Below are positions 28,134 to 40,678 of a DNA stretch of 64,000 nt, piece after piece. The stretch is from the human T2T-CHM13v2.0 reference genome, Homo sapiens. The stretch lies in the NCBI RefSeq assembly GCF_009914755.1, contig NC_060925.1; one strand, 5' to 3'. The notes under the pieces were generated by a model. It was not told where the DNA came from and did not search any database. It saw only the letters and a list, made by a program, of their open reading frames with translations. Both the position numbers and the translations under genes were made by a program. Every line of letters starts with the position of its first letter. Within the stretch, counting starts at the first letter, position 1.

Positions 28134-31100
28134 ATCCATGGGGACAATCTGTAAAAGAAATTAAGAAAACACCATTTACAACAGTTACAAAACTATAAAG
28201 AAACTAGGAATAAATTCAATGTAAGAAGAAAAAATATCTAAAAGAAATCTACAAAACTCTCACGAAAGAAAGAGGACACAAATAAATAGAAAGCTATTCC
28301 ATGCACATGGAGTGAAAGAGTCAATATTATTAAAATATCAATACTGCCCAAAGCAATCTATAGATTCAATGCAATCCCTATCAAATACCAATGCCTTTAT
28401 TCACAGAAATGGAACAAAAACTATCCTAAAATATATATGGAACTACAAAAGACCCTAAAAAGCAGAAGTAACCCGAAGAAAAATAAATCTGACAGCGTTA
28501 CACTATGTGATTTCAAAATATACTTCAAAGCTTTAATAACCAAAACAGCATAACAATGGCCTTAAAATAGACACATAGCCCAATAGAACAGAATAGAGAG
28601 CCCAGAAAGGAATCCGCATATCTACAATCAACTCATTTCCACAAAGGTCCCAAGAACATGTACTGAGGACGGTTTTTTAAATAAATGGTGTGGGAAAACA
28701 TGAATCCCATATGCAGACAATTAAAACTAGGCTCCTATCTCTCATCATCTACCAAAATGAAATCAGAATGGATAAAAGAGTTTTGCATCTAAGAACTGAA
28801 AGTCTGAAACTACTATAAGAAAACATAACAAAAAATTTCAGGACATTTGTCTTAGCAAAGATTTATTGATTACAACCTCAAAGCAGAGGCAACAAAAGCA
28901 ATAATAGACAAATGGGATTACATAAAGCTAAAAGGTTTCTGCATAGCGAAGGAAAAAATCAACAAAGTGAAAAGACAACTCGCAGAATGGGAAATAATAT
29001 TTGCCAACTATCCATCCAAGAAGGGATTAGTAGCCAGAATATATAACAAATTCAACTCAATAGCAAAAACAAAAAAAAAAGTCTGATTAAAAACTGGGCA
29101 AAATACTTAAATAGACATTCTCAAAAGAAGACATAAAAAGAGCTAACAGATATGTGCAAAAAATGCTCAACACCACTAATCATCAGGGAAATGGAAATTA
29201 AAATCACAATAAGATCTCATTCTGGTAAAATGACTTTTATCAAAATTACAGGGAATAATGGGTGCTGGCGAAGATGTGGAGAACGAGGATCCCTGGTATA
29301 CTGTTGGTGAAAATTTAAATTAGTACGATCACTAAGGGAAGATTGTTCTTCCCTTTTTTGTGGAGATTCCGCAAAAAAACTAAAAATTCAACTGCCATAT
29401 GATCCAGCAATACCGCTACTGGGTATATATCAAAAAATACAAGGAAATCAATACGTCGAAGAGATATCTGCGCTCTCAAGTTTATTGTATATACTCCCAT
29501 GTTTATTGCAGTACTATTTAAAATAGTCAAAATTTAGAATCAACCTAAATGCTCATCAATGGATGAATGCATAAAGAAAATGTGATATATAGACACAATA
29601 GAATATTATTCAGCCATAAAATCTACAATATTGTCATTTGCAGCCACATGGGTATGAAATAAGCCAAGCACAGAAAGACAAATATCATATGTTCTCACTC
29701 ACACGTGGGAACAAAAAAGAATAAAGAAAAGATAAACGTTTAAGGTGATGGATAGCTGAATTACCCAGATTTGATTATTAAAATGTTTAATTATTGAAAT
29801 GTCACATATACCCCTTAAAATATGTACATCTATTATGTTTAAAAATAAGAACGGAAAAATAAGTTAAATAGAATGAAGAAAATTTTTAAAAGATTAAAAA
29901 ATTAAAAGATCTTAAATTACCTTATAGTGTCAAAAAAGGGTGACAGGCCTTGCTGATAGTTTGTATCCTTGATCTGATGTAACAAAAATATCACATTATT
30001 ACCTCTGTGGCTTTTCTCACCAAAACACATAGCCAGGCCAATCATGAGAGACACATGAGACAAATCACAATAGAGAACATAAAAATAGAGAAACATCAAA
30101 ATAGGGAACATGAAAGCACAAAAATTTCTAAGAAATTCCTAAGCAGTACTCTTTAAAACTGTCTTTGTTATAGAAAATTTTAGAAAATGTCACAACTAAA
30201 AAGAGCCTAAGAACATGATAATTATAAATAGAATACATTATCTTAGACAGGATCCTAAAGCATAAAAAAGATTTTAGGCAATAAGTAAGGAAACCTGAAA
30301 AATGAATAGATTTTAATTAATAATACTATATCACTATTGGTTCATTTATTATAACAAATATACTAATGTGTGATATTAATAATAGAAGAAACAGGGTATA
30401 GGATATATGTGAATTCTGTATAATACTTAAAATTTTTCTAGAAATATAAAAACTCCACTGAAAGGTAAAATTGGTCTTCATGTCATACTGATTCTGTCGT
30501 ACTATGCGCTCTTGGCAAAATGGGAGAAAAGCTACTTTCATTGCCATAGATTTTGGACGTTTCCAAGAAAACATCTTAGTTTTAGTCTTTCATTAATTTC
30601 TCACTAATTGTATTATTTTTAGTAATAAAAACTCAGTAATGGTACTTTTTCTCAGACTTTTATTCGCTTTAGCTGTCAATTGACAAAGTGCTGTAACAAA
30701 TTGTTACATGTGACTAGAAGTAAAAGTTAACACCTTGAGCCATCTATGTCCTATCGTTAAGACAGGTTGACTGATCACATACTTGGATGTCATGGAAATG
30801 TTAAATACCTATAAAAATTTTTAAATCTTATTCTTACATAATCTGTTACAGCAATTTGCTGTCTGGATTCGGTCCCTGGATCACACTTAGAGTAAGTAGT
30901 GCTGTTCTAGAGAGAAGAAGATGTAACACAGGTTCTAAATGTGTGTAACTTCTTTTCACAGAATAGATTTTCACTGCCTTATTGGGCACCAACGGTATTT
31001 CAGTTATGTAATAAATCAAACATTGGCAGTGTTCCTGCTCAATAGTTCTATAACAAAACAGAAAAAAAGGCAAGCAGAAGAAACAGTATAATTCTGTATG

Positions 31101-32375
31101 TTAACTGGTAAGACAAAAGAGAGGAGGTTTCCAAGTACAGAGATGTCCTGCATTATTCATTTTTATACGTGTTATGTTAAAGTATTTCAGCTAAAACCTA
31201 TTTACAAGTAAAATACAAACAAATGAACTATGCAACATTTTACATGGCAGTAATACATGAGAGTAAACTGAGCATATGTTTCTGAGTAGTTTTCTGTTAT
31301 TTCTAATATGAGCAAACCTATCTTGTGCCTCCAAAGGGATTTGCAGGCACGTGAATATTTTATAGCTCTATGGTTTTTTTCTTATTGAAACCCATATTAT
31401 CAATACAATAAATAAATAAGTAGAAAGTACTTTGACAATTAACATCATACCATTGTGATAGTTACTTCACTAATTTAATCACACAAATGATAATTAAGAT
31501 AAATTCTTTTATTTTTGTGGGCCTATCATTTTGGTAGTGTAATTTGTAAAATTTAATTGGATTAAAATATTTTAAATACTATCATATCTATTTTTCTAGT
31601 GAAAATATGTTTATTGAATTTAAGTATTTCAAATTCTATTCTCTAATGTTAAACTTATAATCTTTAAAATAATGTTAATAATATACTACGAGAAAACTTT
31701 CCACCGTCTTCAATTTTTTGCTTGTTTTAGTGATATGTCATTTTCATTCATTAACACATTTTCTCCTATAGGTAAACTGTGTAGTTTCATAATTTGTTGT
31801 TGCATTTTGTTAAATGCAATACAAAAATTACTTTGATGTTTATTTATTATTAGTGCTGATTACATTTATAATGTTAGCCATTTCCCTTACTTGGTCACAT
31901 TATGGTAGCATATTTCTATAAAAAAATATGTGCAATTGATGAGGTCAGGTGCCATATACTCAGAAATTAGTACAACATCAAAAATTTAGCATTTACTGAA
32001 ATAATAGTTTTGAACACTTAATTCAACATTAATGAACTGACTTCAACATCATTGACTAAGGATAGCAGTTTCTGTCTTAACAGAATGCTTTGAAGAGATC
32101 TCGTACATGTAAGCCAGTCTATCTTTTCCCTTGAATCTTCTTTCTGACAATTGTTCCTCTGAGTTACATGTTCCTGCTTATGATCTCTGTTGTGTCTTTG
32201 ATCACAATTTTATCTGTTATATGCCACTGTCTACATACACGGACTGCAGATACTTAGATTAATAATGCTATCTGCAAGTCTCTTCACAAAGAATTCTCTT
32301 TGTGTTTGGTATTTAGTTAATTCTAGGCAAGCTCCTTTCTTTTTAGGATCTTATTTTATATATATAAAATAATCA

Positions 32376-32680
32376 GGCCGGGGGTGGTGGCTCACGCCTG
32401 TAATCCCAGCACTTTGGGAGGCCAAGGCGGGCGGATCACGAGGTCAGGATATCGAGACCATCCTGGCTAACACGGTGAAATCCTGTCTCTACTAAAAACA
32501 CAAAAAAATTAGCCAGGCATGGTGGCGGGTGCCTGTAGTCCCAGCCACTCAGGAGGCTGAGGCAGGAGAATGGCGTGAACCCCGGAGGCTGAGCTTGCAG
32601 TGAGTCGAGATCGTGTCACTGCACTCCAGCCTGGGCGATAGAGAGAGACTCCGTCTCAAAACAAAACAAAACAAAACAAA
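32376..32680 (+). mobile_element. AluY
   Basis: Y diagnostics; (CAAAA)n tail; short TSD core aatca. Confidence 0.95.
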
Positions 32681-32829
32681 ATCAGATATTGTTAATTGAG
32701 GAAAGATACAGTTTTTAAGACAAATAAGGGATAAAATTAAATTGGACCCTAATTATTAATTTTGCTGTAGTTAAAAGCTCCCATGTAGTTATACCCCAAT
32801 TGGCACTTCTTAGTCCCAATGAGTCAAGA

Positions 32830-33590
32830 AAGACTCCAAAGATTTTGCTCTGAGCAATAGAGAGAATTAAATTGCTATACATATTGAGATTTTGAAGACT
32901 ATAAGATTAGTAGGTTTGGAAGATAAAGACAAGTTTGATTATAGATGTGTTCATTTTGAAACACTCTGGATTTTCAAATTGAGATATCAAATAGGCAACT
33001 GTATCTATTATTTATGTTTAGATAATGCTATGCTGGAAACATAACTTCTGGAAACATCAGGTTGTACATACTTAAACTTATAGTACTAGATGATCTTAGA
33101 GGAGTTATTTGTAAAAATAAGGAAAGGATTGTTAAGGAGGAAAGAATAAACTTCTGGGAAAGTCAAGGAAGGGTCAAAAGAAATGTCATCGAAGATAACA
33201 TGAAGAAAGATATTTTTTTCCCAGAGGAAGTGATATTCTATGAGCAATGTTGTTGATAGGTGCAGATAAGTACTGGAAACTCATGATTGGATTTATTAAT
33301 CTGAATGTTATTGATGACCTTAGCAGGTGTACTTTTGATGGAGTGATGGAGGTGATTAGAAGGAGCCTAAGAAAAATGAAAGAAAATGAAGATGCTGAAA
33401 TCAGAGTATTGCCAGCTCTTTGAAGTATTTTGTTAGATAGAAGAACAGAGAACTAGGATAGAAACTGGAAGAAAATAATGGGATCACTTTACAAGAAATG
33501 TGGCATATTTCTAAGCTGATGGTTAAGACCCAATTGTGATGGAAATGATGCTAATGCAGAAGATACACCAGACAACTGCAGAATGCCATT
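32830..33590 (-). mobile_element. L2 fragment
   Basis: gactccaaagattttgctctgagcaa; gagatatcaaataggcaactg; ttgatgaccttagcagg...gatggagtgatgg. Confidence 0.7.
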
Positions 33591-34227
33591 TTGATAATAT
33601 TTTATTATTATAAATCATTTTAAAATCCTGCTTAAAATTATCAATAATTAAATGCAAAACCAAACACTGAAGTCTCTCTTTATCTTCCTGTTTTGAATTT
33701 AAGTAAAGCAGAATGAATGGAGCAAGGAAATGCCTGAAGAAAAATGTGTATATGTATAAAACATATACACATTGCCGTGGCTAAAGATAAATATTCTCTG
33801 TTACTAGATAAAGGACACAAATGTTAACATAAAACTGATATATTATTTTAATTGTTTATTTCTAAACATTTATATTATAACATGTCACAAGATTATCTCT
33901 GCAGTATCAATTTCAAAGTATTAAAAAATAAGGATCGTTTAAATGTACAACATACTGGAACTTTTGAAGATATATACCCAATATGTGAAGCAAACAGTAA
34001 AGATTGATGTTATTCAGTGGCATAACATGAGTGAAGTTGACGTTTTGGTTAATTAAAGATTTTATAACAGCTCAGTCATCAGTGCTTAATGAACTTTTTG
34101 TCCAAGACACTCATAAAATTCACATCTACTAGAAGTGTCTGTTAGAGGAGTAAAGATGGTATTAGGTCCATCACAATTCAGATTGCACGTTTTCTTTTGG
34201 TTTCACTAATTTTATCTTTATGATCAT

Positions 34228-34425
34228 TAACCAACATTTAATGAGCTCTCACTATATGCCCAGGTTCTATGCTAAAGGCTTTTATGTATCCCCTAGTTTA
34301 AGATGAGGGGGCTGGGGAAGGTTAGTGTTTAAGGAAATGTCCTAAGTCTAAGGTTATATTTGTAGTTTCTAACAGATTTGAAATTTAAACCCAAGAACCT
34401 ATCTAAAATCCGAATGCTCAATCTG
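34228..34425 (-). mobile_element. MIR
   Basis: aacatttaatgagctctcactatatgcccagg...gaaatttaaacccaag. Confidence 0.65.
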
Positions 34426-34834
34426 TTTCTCATGAAGTAAACTAGGAATGAGAAGAACTAAGGAAATTATTTAACTATGCTTAAGAGAGGGAACTAATTT
34501 TTTTCCTTTCAAGTTAATTTTAATTATGTACTAAAACAAATACACTGATAAATTCAGAATCATTTGAGTATCCTAGATGTCATTTTATGGCTCAGAGTAG
34601 AAGCTGTTCCTTGCATGAGAAGGAATGGGAAGGTACAACATTAGATGAATGAGAGGAAACGACTTTGGGGTAACCACAGGGATGAACTCACTCTGTGAAC
34701 CTAGTTGGAGGCTGCACTCACTGCAAGATTTGCACAGACTCTATCTGCCCATGTTCCTAGTAACTACCTCACTTTAGATTTTTCCCCTCTCAGGCATCTC
34801 TCCTCTATCTAGTGTCATAGCTCCAAATGCATTA

Positions 34835-34960
34835 TTTTAATAAATGTTGATGTAGAACCTCTTATATTCCAGACATTCTACTAGACACTGGGCATACAAA
34901 TTGAGTATGGCACAGTCCTTGCCTTCAAAAATACATATATTGTACTGCAGAAAATACACT
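34835..34960 (-). mobile_element. L2 3'-end fragment
   Basis: ccagacattctactagacactgggcatacaaa...cacagtccttgccttc. Confidence 0.6.
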
Positions 34961-35069
34961 GGCAACAATAGAAAAAACAATGTCACCAAATGTATAGAGA
35001 TTCAAGTAAAATAATACAGTCACTAATATTATTAATGTTTGACTTCATTTAGATGCTTGCAAATGGAAT

Positions 35070-35900
35070 GTATTTCAGCATAAGAAAAGTCTTCATAAAC
35101 AAAGTGAGAACCACATAAAGACTGAAACAAAAAAAAAAGTTGATAATATCAAAATTAAATATATCTGTTTCAGTGAAGAATGCCTTGGACAAAGGCAAAA
35201 CATAGAGTAGAATATAATGAGAGCACAGAAACTAGCAACCACCCCCACAAACAAAACAACAAAATGAATAGTATTCAAAGAGGTACTAGACATCAAAAAA
35301 ATGTATAAGGTGACCTCTAATCTCATTTGTAATAAGGAAAATTCAAAATGAAATACCAAATGTATTTAAGGTAATCAGAAAGGCAAAATTAGTAAGCTGC
35401 ATAAGGCAAATATTGATCTGGAATATAGGGATAGTGGAATCCTCACACACCACTCATGTGAGTGTGGAAGGTGCACCCATTCTAGATGGCAAATTGTCAC
35501 TGTGTATAATTAGTCAAATTAGGCGTAAAACAATGGTATGATCCAACAATTCCACTTCTGGGTACTTACTACGAAGAATCCCACACATGAGTGAACATGG
35601 GGGAAGATGCTTATTTCAGTATTATTTCTGGAAACAGAAATTTGTAGGGAAGTTTGGTGTTTATTGCTTAAAGTGGAAATGCCTAATATATATTAGATAG
35701 AAACCACAGAGTACTATGAACAGTTAGAAGTAACATAGCAAATATACACACAAAAAAGCAGATACAACCCAAAAACCTATTATTGTTTGAAAACAGAACA
35801 GAATGTCATATAACCGAAAAACATTTATATAAATTAAAAGTAACCTTAAAGGAATTATAATAATTGCCTGTGATGAAAGAGAATAGAAGTAAGAAATTGG
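35070..35900 (+). mobile_element. Ancient L1ME ORF2 3' fragment
   Basis: aaattcaaaatgaaatacca; tatgatccaacaattccacttctgggta. Confidence 0.65.
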
Positions 35901-38449
35901 GACATAGGGTAATAAATAAATGAGTAAATCAGAATGTTGTTTATGTTCCTTGACCTGGAGCTACAGTTACTACAACCCACTGCTTCTGAGGGCCTAACAA
36001 AGGAAGGGAAACAAATTAAATGGACTGTGTTATATGATTTATAGTTTTTATTTTTTTAGTAGCAGGTATAGCTTGGGCTTTTTAAAAGGGTGTATTGCAT
36101 AAAATTACATAATGTATTTAATGCCTCATTAAAAAAAACCTAAGTATTAAGCAATCAACAAAGAGAAAGAACATCTAATTAGCTGTACAATCATCTGTAA
36201 TAACAATGAAATTGGATTACCTTCAGGAGGTAAGCATTCTTAGACCCTGATACACTGTACAATTAGTCTGCCACAGTGATCTCAAAATCCCACAGTTACA
36301 TATGTTGTATAGTGATCTGTTATCTTCAGTCTTATATTCCTGGATTTTGCATTATATAGATAATGGGGACAGGGACATATTCTTTTTGAATACATGTCAA
36401 TATTTGAGATAATAAAATACTGTACCAAAATTTGAGATAGAGCCAATACATGGGAGTAGAAATACATTAAACATTTCTGCTTCACAGAGGACAGCCCATT
36501 GAATTGTAATATATTGATTATTTCAGGAAAATTTCTTTTAAATATTAAAAATTGTTAAGTTCCATCATGAATGAAAGCCCATTGTGGCAGAATTGTAAGG
36601 TCATGGGTGACTCTGACCTGAGATTTCCAAGCAGACAAAGTGCACATGAATTCAATGTTTTCTAATACTATAGTTATAGCAGAAATGAAAGCACGTAGCT
36701 AGAATATTCCCAAGACTTATATATTATGCAAGCAGCATAGAACAATGATTATAAATCTCCTTCTAGACATAGCAAAACCTGACCCTACAAATCTGCCTTT
36801 ACTATGGGTAGCAGAGGGGTTAGGGATATAATAAGACATTTTCCTAAATTACTTCCCAATGTCTTGATAAATGATGTCATTCATCACCACAAATGTGGAT
36901 TAACTGAATGGAATTAATTATTTTGCAATCATGATTTGGTTTAAGGATCAAGGTCATGTTATTGCATCAGCAGAACACTGACCACTTATGAATTATTCCT
37001 GATGAGACATCCAATTCTTAAATCTTGAGCTAGAAGTCACTGGTGGCCTATTAACAAATATAGATTATAAGGCATTTCATATATCACAGTTACAGGTCTT
37101 ACTTAATGCCTCTGTGAACTATAATAATAAATATGGCTTAGGAAATTAATCTCTAAGGAATATTAAGCAACTGCACGGCAGAGTAAAAGAATTTTTTATG
37201 TGATTATATACACTTGAGTATTTAACATTTACAATCTCTGTAATGATAATTCTTCATATCTTGAGATCACAGTTTGTCTATACCTATTGCTTTGTTTTAC
37301 AAGTGCAAATGAGCTTAACTGGATATAAAAATTAGACAAAAGTAAATTATTTTATTATCAATTTCCAATTTTGCATGTAAAGTAACCTGGCATGGTCATT
37401 TTTTATTTTATAATTGTAAGTTATGACATTATGAGAATCTTAGTATTTAGAAAAATGTAAAAAATCAGAAAAGTAGTCTCCAAGGTGAATAAGATTTCAC
37501 CAACTCAATTAATTATAAGATGAAAATTCTAAAGGTTTATATGTTCTAAATCCAAAAAGATAAACCTAAAACAATAAGTATCCAATTATATGAATGAATT
37601 AGTAAAAGATAGCTATTACAAATTGAGTTTCTAGGCTTTATATTTTTTAAAGACAAGTTGTATGTATCTGTTCTTAGACAAAGACTACTAGCACTCTAAT
37701 ACTGTTTATTGTACAATACTTCTTCAGTAATTTCTTAGCAAATAGATGATTAAACATGGATATCTACTTTTCTGGATCTCTTGTATTTTATACTGAGTAG
37801 GAGACTTTCCCTGGTTTTTTAAGAGCAAAATTATTTTTATTTATTATTTCAAAAATATTACACCATAAAACTCAGGACTCTGATTGAAGAAATGATTAGA
37901 AAATCCTTTTGAACAGAACTACCATTTACACAATTTGCAAACCATAAATTTTACATTTGTGTTATATTAAATAAATGTTAACACATATATTATGTAAACC
38001 GCATTTTTCCCTGAATGGATTATAATGTGTGTTTATAAGAATTTATGGCTATACTGCAAAACGTATTTTAACAGTGTACTTTAAGGGTCGGTGTAAAAAT
38101 GGGAAACATCAAAAAAGTATAAGTATGGATGCGAAAACGTGTATTAGAAAGAGAGCAGAAGTAATTTAACAATGCATGCCTTGATGAGAGTTAAATTATT
38201 AAAAATCACACTACTACTATAAACAAATAAAAACATAAATGTAAAATATTATTTAAAAGCCTAAAATGCATGAAAAAGCTGAAAATATGGTGATGAATTA
38301 ATAGGGTAAAGTACAAGATAAAACAATATCAAAAACATGACATTCTAGGAAAATATGTCATTTGGTTTTGAGGGACTGAGAAGAAAATGAACACAATATA
38401 AAGTCCAGGCTCTACCTAACTAAATTTCTTATGAGATCAAGGTGATCTC

Positions 38450-39790
38450 GTCATACTCTATTGCCAGATAGGAAATTAAATTATTTTTGGAGGCTGTATT
38501 GATCTAGCATGCAATAAAATTATATGCCAAGAAACAAGACCAAAAAACAAAAGACATTGCAGAAAATAGAAACAGAGCCATATGTAGATATAGTCACACA
38601 AATTATAACTAATAGACCTTCCCCAAAGAAAACAAGATGGAATATTTTACATGGAAAACTATCAATAAAAATTCTAAAATTAAAACATGAAATAACAAGT
38701 CAATACATGTGTGTAACAGTAGCTTAAACACAGCAGTGAAGAGGACTGTTGTAATAAATGATAGGTTAATAGAAAGTATACAAATTGAAGCTTGGAAAAG
38801 ACAAAGGACCAAAAAAAGTTTAAAAGGCATGTACAGCATGAATCTAAGATCTAAGTTAGGTGTCATTGTACTCCCACTAGAGGAAAAAAAGTGTGAATCA
38901 GATGTGGTAACTGAAAACAAACACTGGCTGAAAAGTTTTTCAAAACTGATGTAAAACATCAACATTGAGCCACAGATTTGAGAACTCTATGATTTTCAAG
39001 TAGTGTAAATACAAATAAACCACCAATGGACAAATAATAAAACGTACTTACAAACTCAAAACAAAGCAAACATTTAATTCAGGTGACTTAAAAAAAGTTC
39101 AGCTATGCGATCTTCTATACGTGAGGGCTTTGTGCACGCATCGTATAATTTCTCTTCTATATTTACTATGATGCTTGTAAGAAAAAGAGTCATAGATGAC
39201 GGTTATCCCTAAATTAGAATTAACCCAGTGTCCACTGATAGTAACATTGGAGTATAAAATTATGAGAATTATTGATAAATTATGAAATTATACTAGATTG
39301 GAATGTAATACACAGTTGAAATGCAAAACCTAAAATCATATGCCATATGGGTCATTTGCAAAACACTAACATAAAAGGTATCTTAGGTGGATTCTATTTA
39401 CATAAAATATAAAAGCAGATCATTTTTTAGTTTAATAGGTTTTTGGGAAACAGGTGGTGTTTGATTAAATTCTTTAGTGGTGATTTATTATTTCTTTAGT
39501 GGTGATTTCTGAGACTTTGGTGCACCTGTCACCCCAGCAGTGTACACTGTACCAAATAAAAGGCTAGAAATGATTATCACATTTTATGGGAAACAAGGAG
39601 GAAGATGTGATTAAAGAGGTACAAGAGATGAGTTTTTGGAAATATTAGCAACGTTATCTTTCTTGATCTGAGTACTGGTAACACTCTCTTGACAATTAAT
39701 TGTTAAATTGTGTAATATATGTTTTAAACAGTATGTATGTATATGTATGCATGTGTGGAAGTTCAAAGTGAAAATTATATTTTAAAATCT
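38450..39790 (+). mobile_element. Ancient L1 (L1M5/L1ME-like) fragments
   Basis: ORF1-like 38650-39070 and 3'-end-like 39200-39790 (tttcttgatctgagtactggtaaca); approximate. Confidence 0.5.
39424..39554 (-). mobile_element. L1PB 3'-end fragment with internal 17-bp duplication
   Basis: ttttgggaaacaggtggtgtttg...gtgcacctgtcaccccagcagtgtacactgtacc; ttctttagtggtgattt occurs twice. Confidence 0.8.
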
Positions 39791-39799
39791 ATAAACTGG

Positions 39800-40678
39800 T
39801 ATTCATTTTATATTCCTACCACAACAAATTACCACAAATGCTCTTTCTCACATGTGGGAGCTAAATATATATGTATGTCATGAAAATAGGGAATAGAATA
39901 ATCATTATCAGAGCCAGAAAAGATAGTGGGGGAGAGGTAATACAGAGGTAATATGTATAAAAATACAGTTAGAATAAATAAGATCTAGTGTTTGGTGGCA
40001 CAATAGGGTGACTATAATCAACAGTAATTTATTGTATATTACAAAATAACTTGAGGAGTGGATTTGGAATGTTCCCAGACAAGGAAATAAATGTTTGAGG
40101 TGATGGATATCCCAATCCCTGATGTGATCATTACACATTGTTTGGTTGTATCAAAATATAATATGTTCCCTATAAAAGGTACTACTATGTATCCATAAAA
40201 ATTAAGAATTAAAGAGTATTATATTGTTGTTCTATGTGTTAAAAGTTTGATGTGGGTATTATTGGGCTAATGGTTCAGGTGTGAGCAAGACTGTATTTCT
40301 TCTTGAAGGGTCTCACCCTCCACCAAAAAAAAATATTTTCTTGTCTTTTCTTGCTTCTAGAGTCCACCCACAGTCCTTGGGACATGACCTTTTTTCGTCT
40401 TCAAAGCCAGCAATGTTACACCTCTTTGACCATTATTCCATATTCACATCTCCCTCTAACTGTCCTCATTGGCCGTCCTCTTGCACTCTTAAGGTTACTT
40501 GTGACTACATTGGTCTCACCTGGATAATCCAGGGAAGTTTCCTTATATTGAGGTCAGTTTACTAGTAAACTTGATTCCATCTTCAACCTTAATTCCCCCT
40601 TGCCATATAACCTAACATAATCACAGTGTCTGCAATTTAGAATGTGGACATTTTTGAGAGGCATTATTGTGTCTACAA
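39800..40678 (-). mobile_element. MLT1D-like LTR, split by an L1MA 3' fragment
   Basis: acaacaaattaccacaaa at the left end; cacctggataatccaggga...cccttgccatataacctaacata. Confidence 0.8.
39845..40212 (+). mobile_element. L1MA 3'-end fragment
   Basis: ttctcacatgtgggagcta...gtttgaggtgatggatatcccaat...tatgtatccataaaaatt. Confidence 0.87.

Larger units (their letters stand above)
27351..29900 (+). mobile_element. L1MA-type element: 5' terminus joined to the 3' half of ORF2 and 3' end
   Basis: aaaatggcagactagaagc 5'-end motif, then RT-region sequence from ~27413; L1MA-like 3' end and A-rich tail. Confidence 0.85.
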
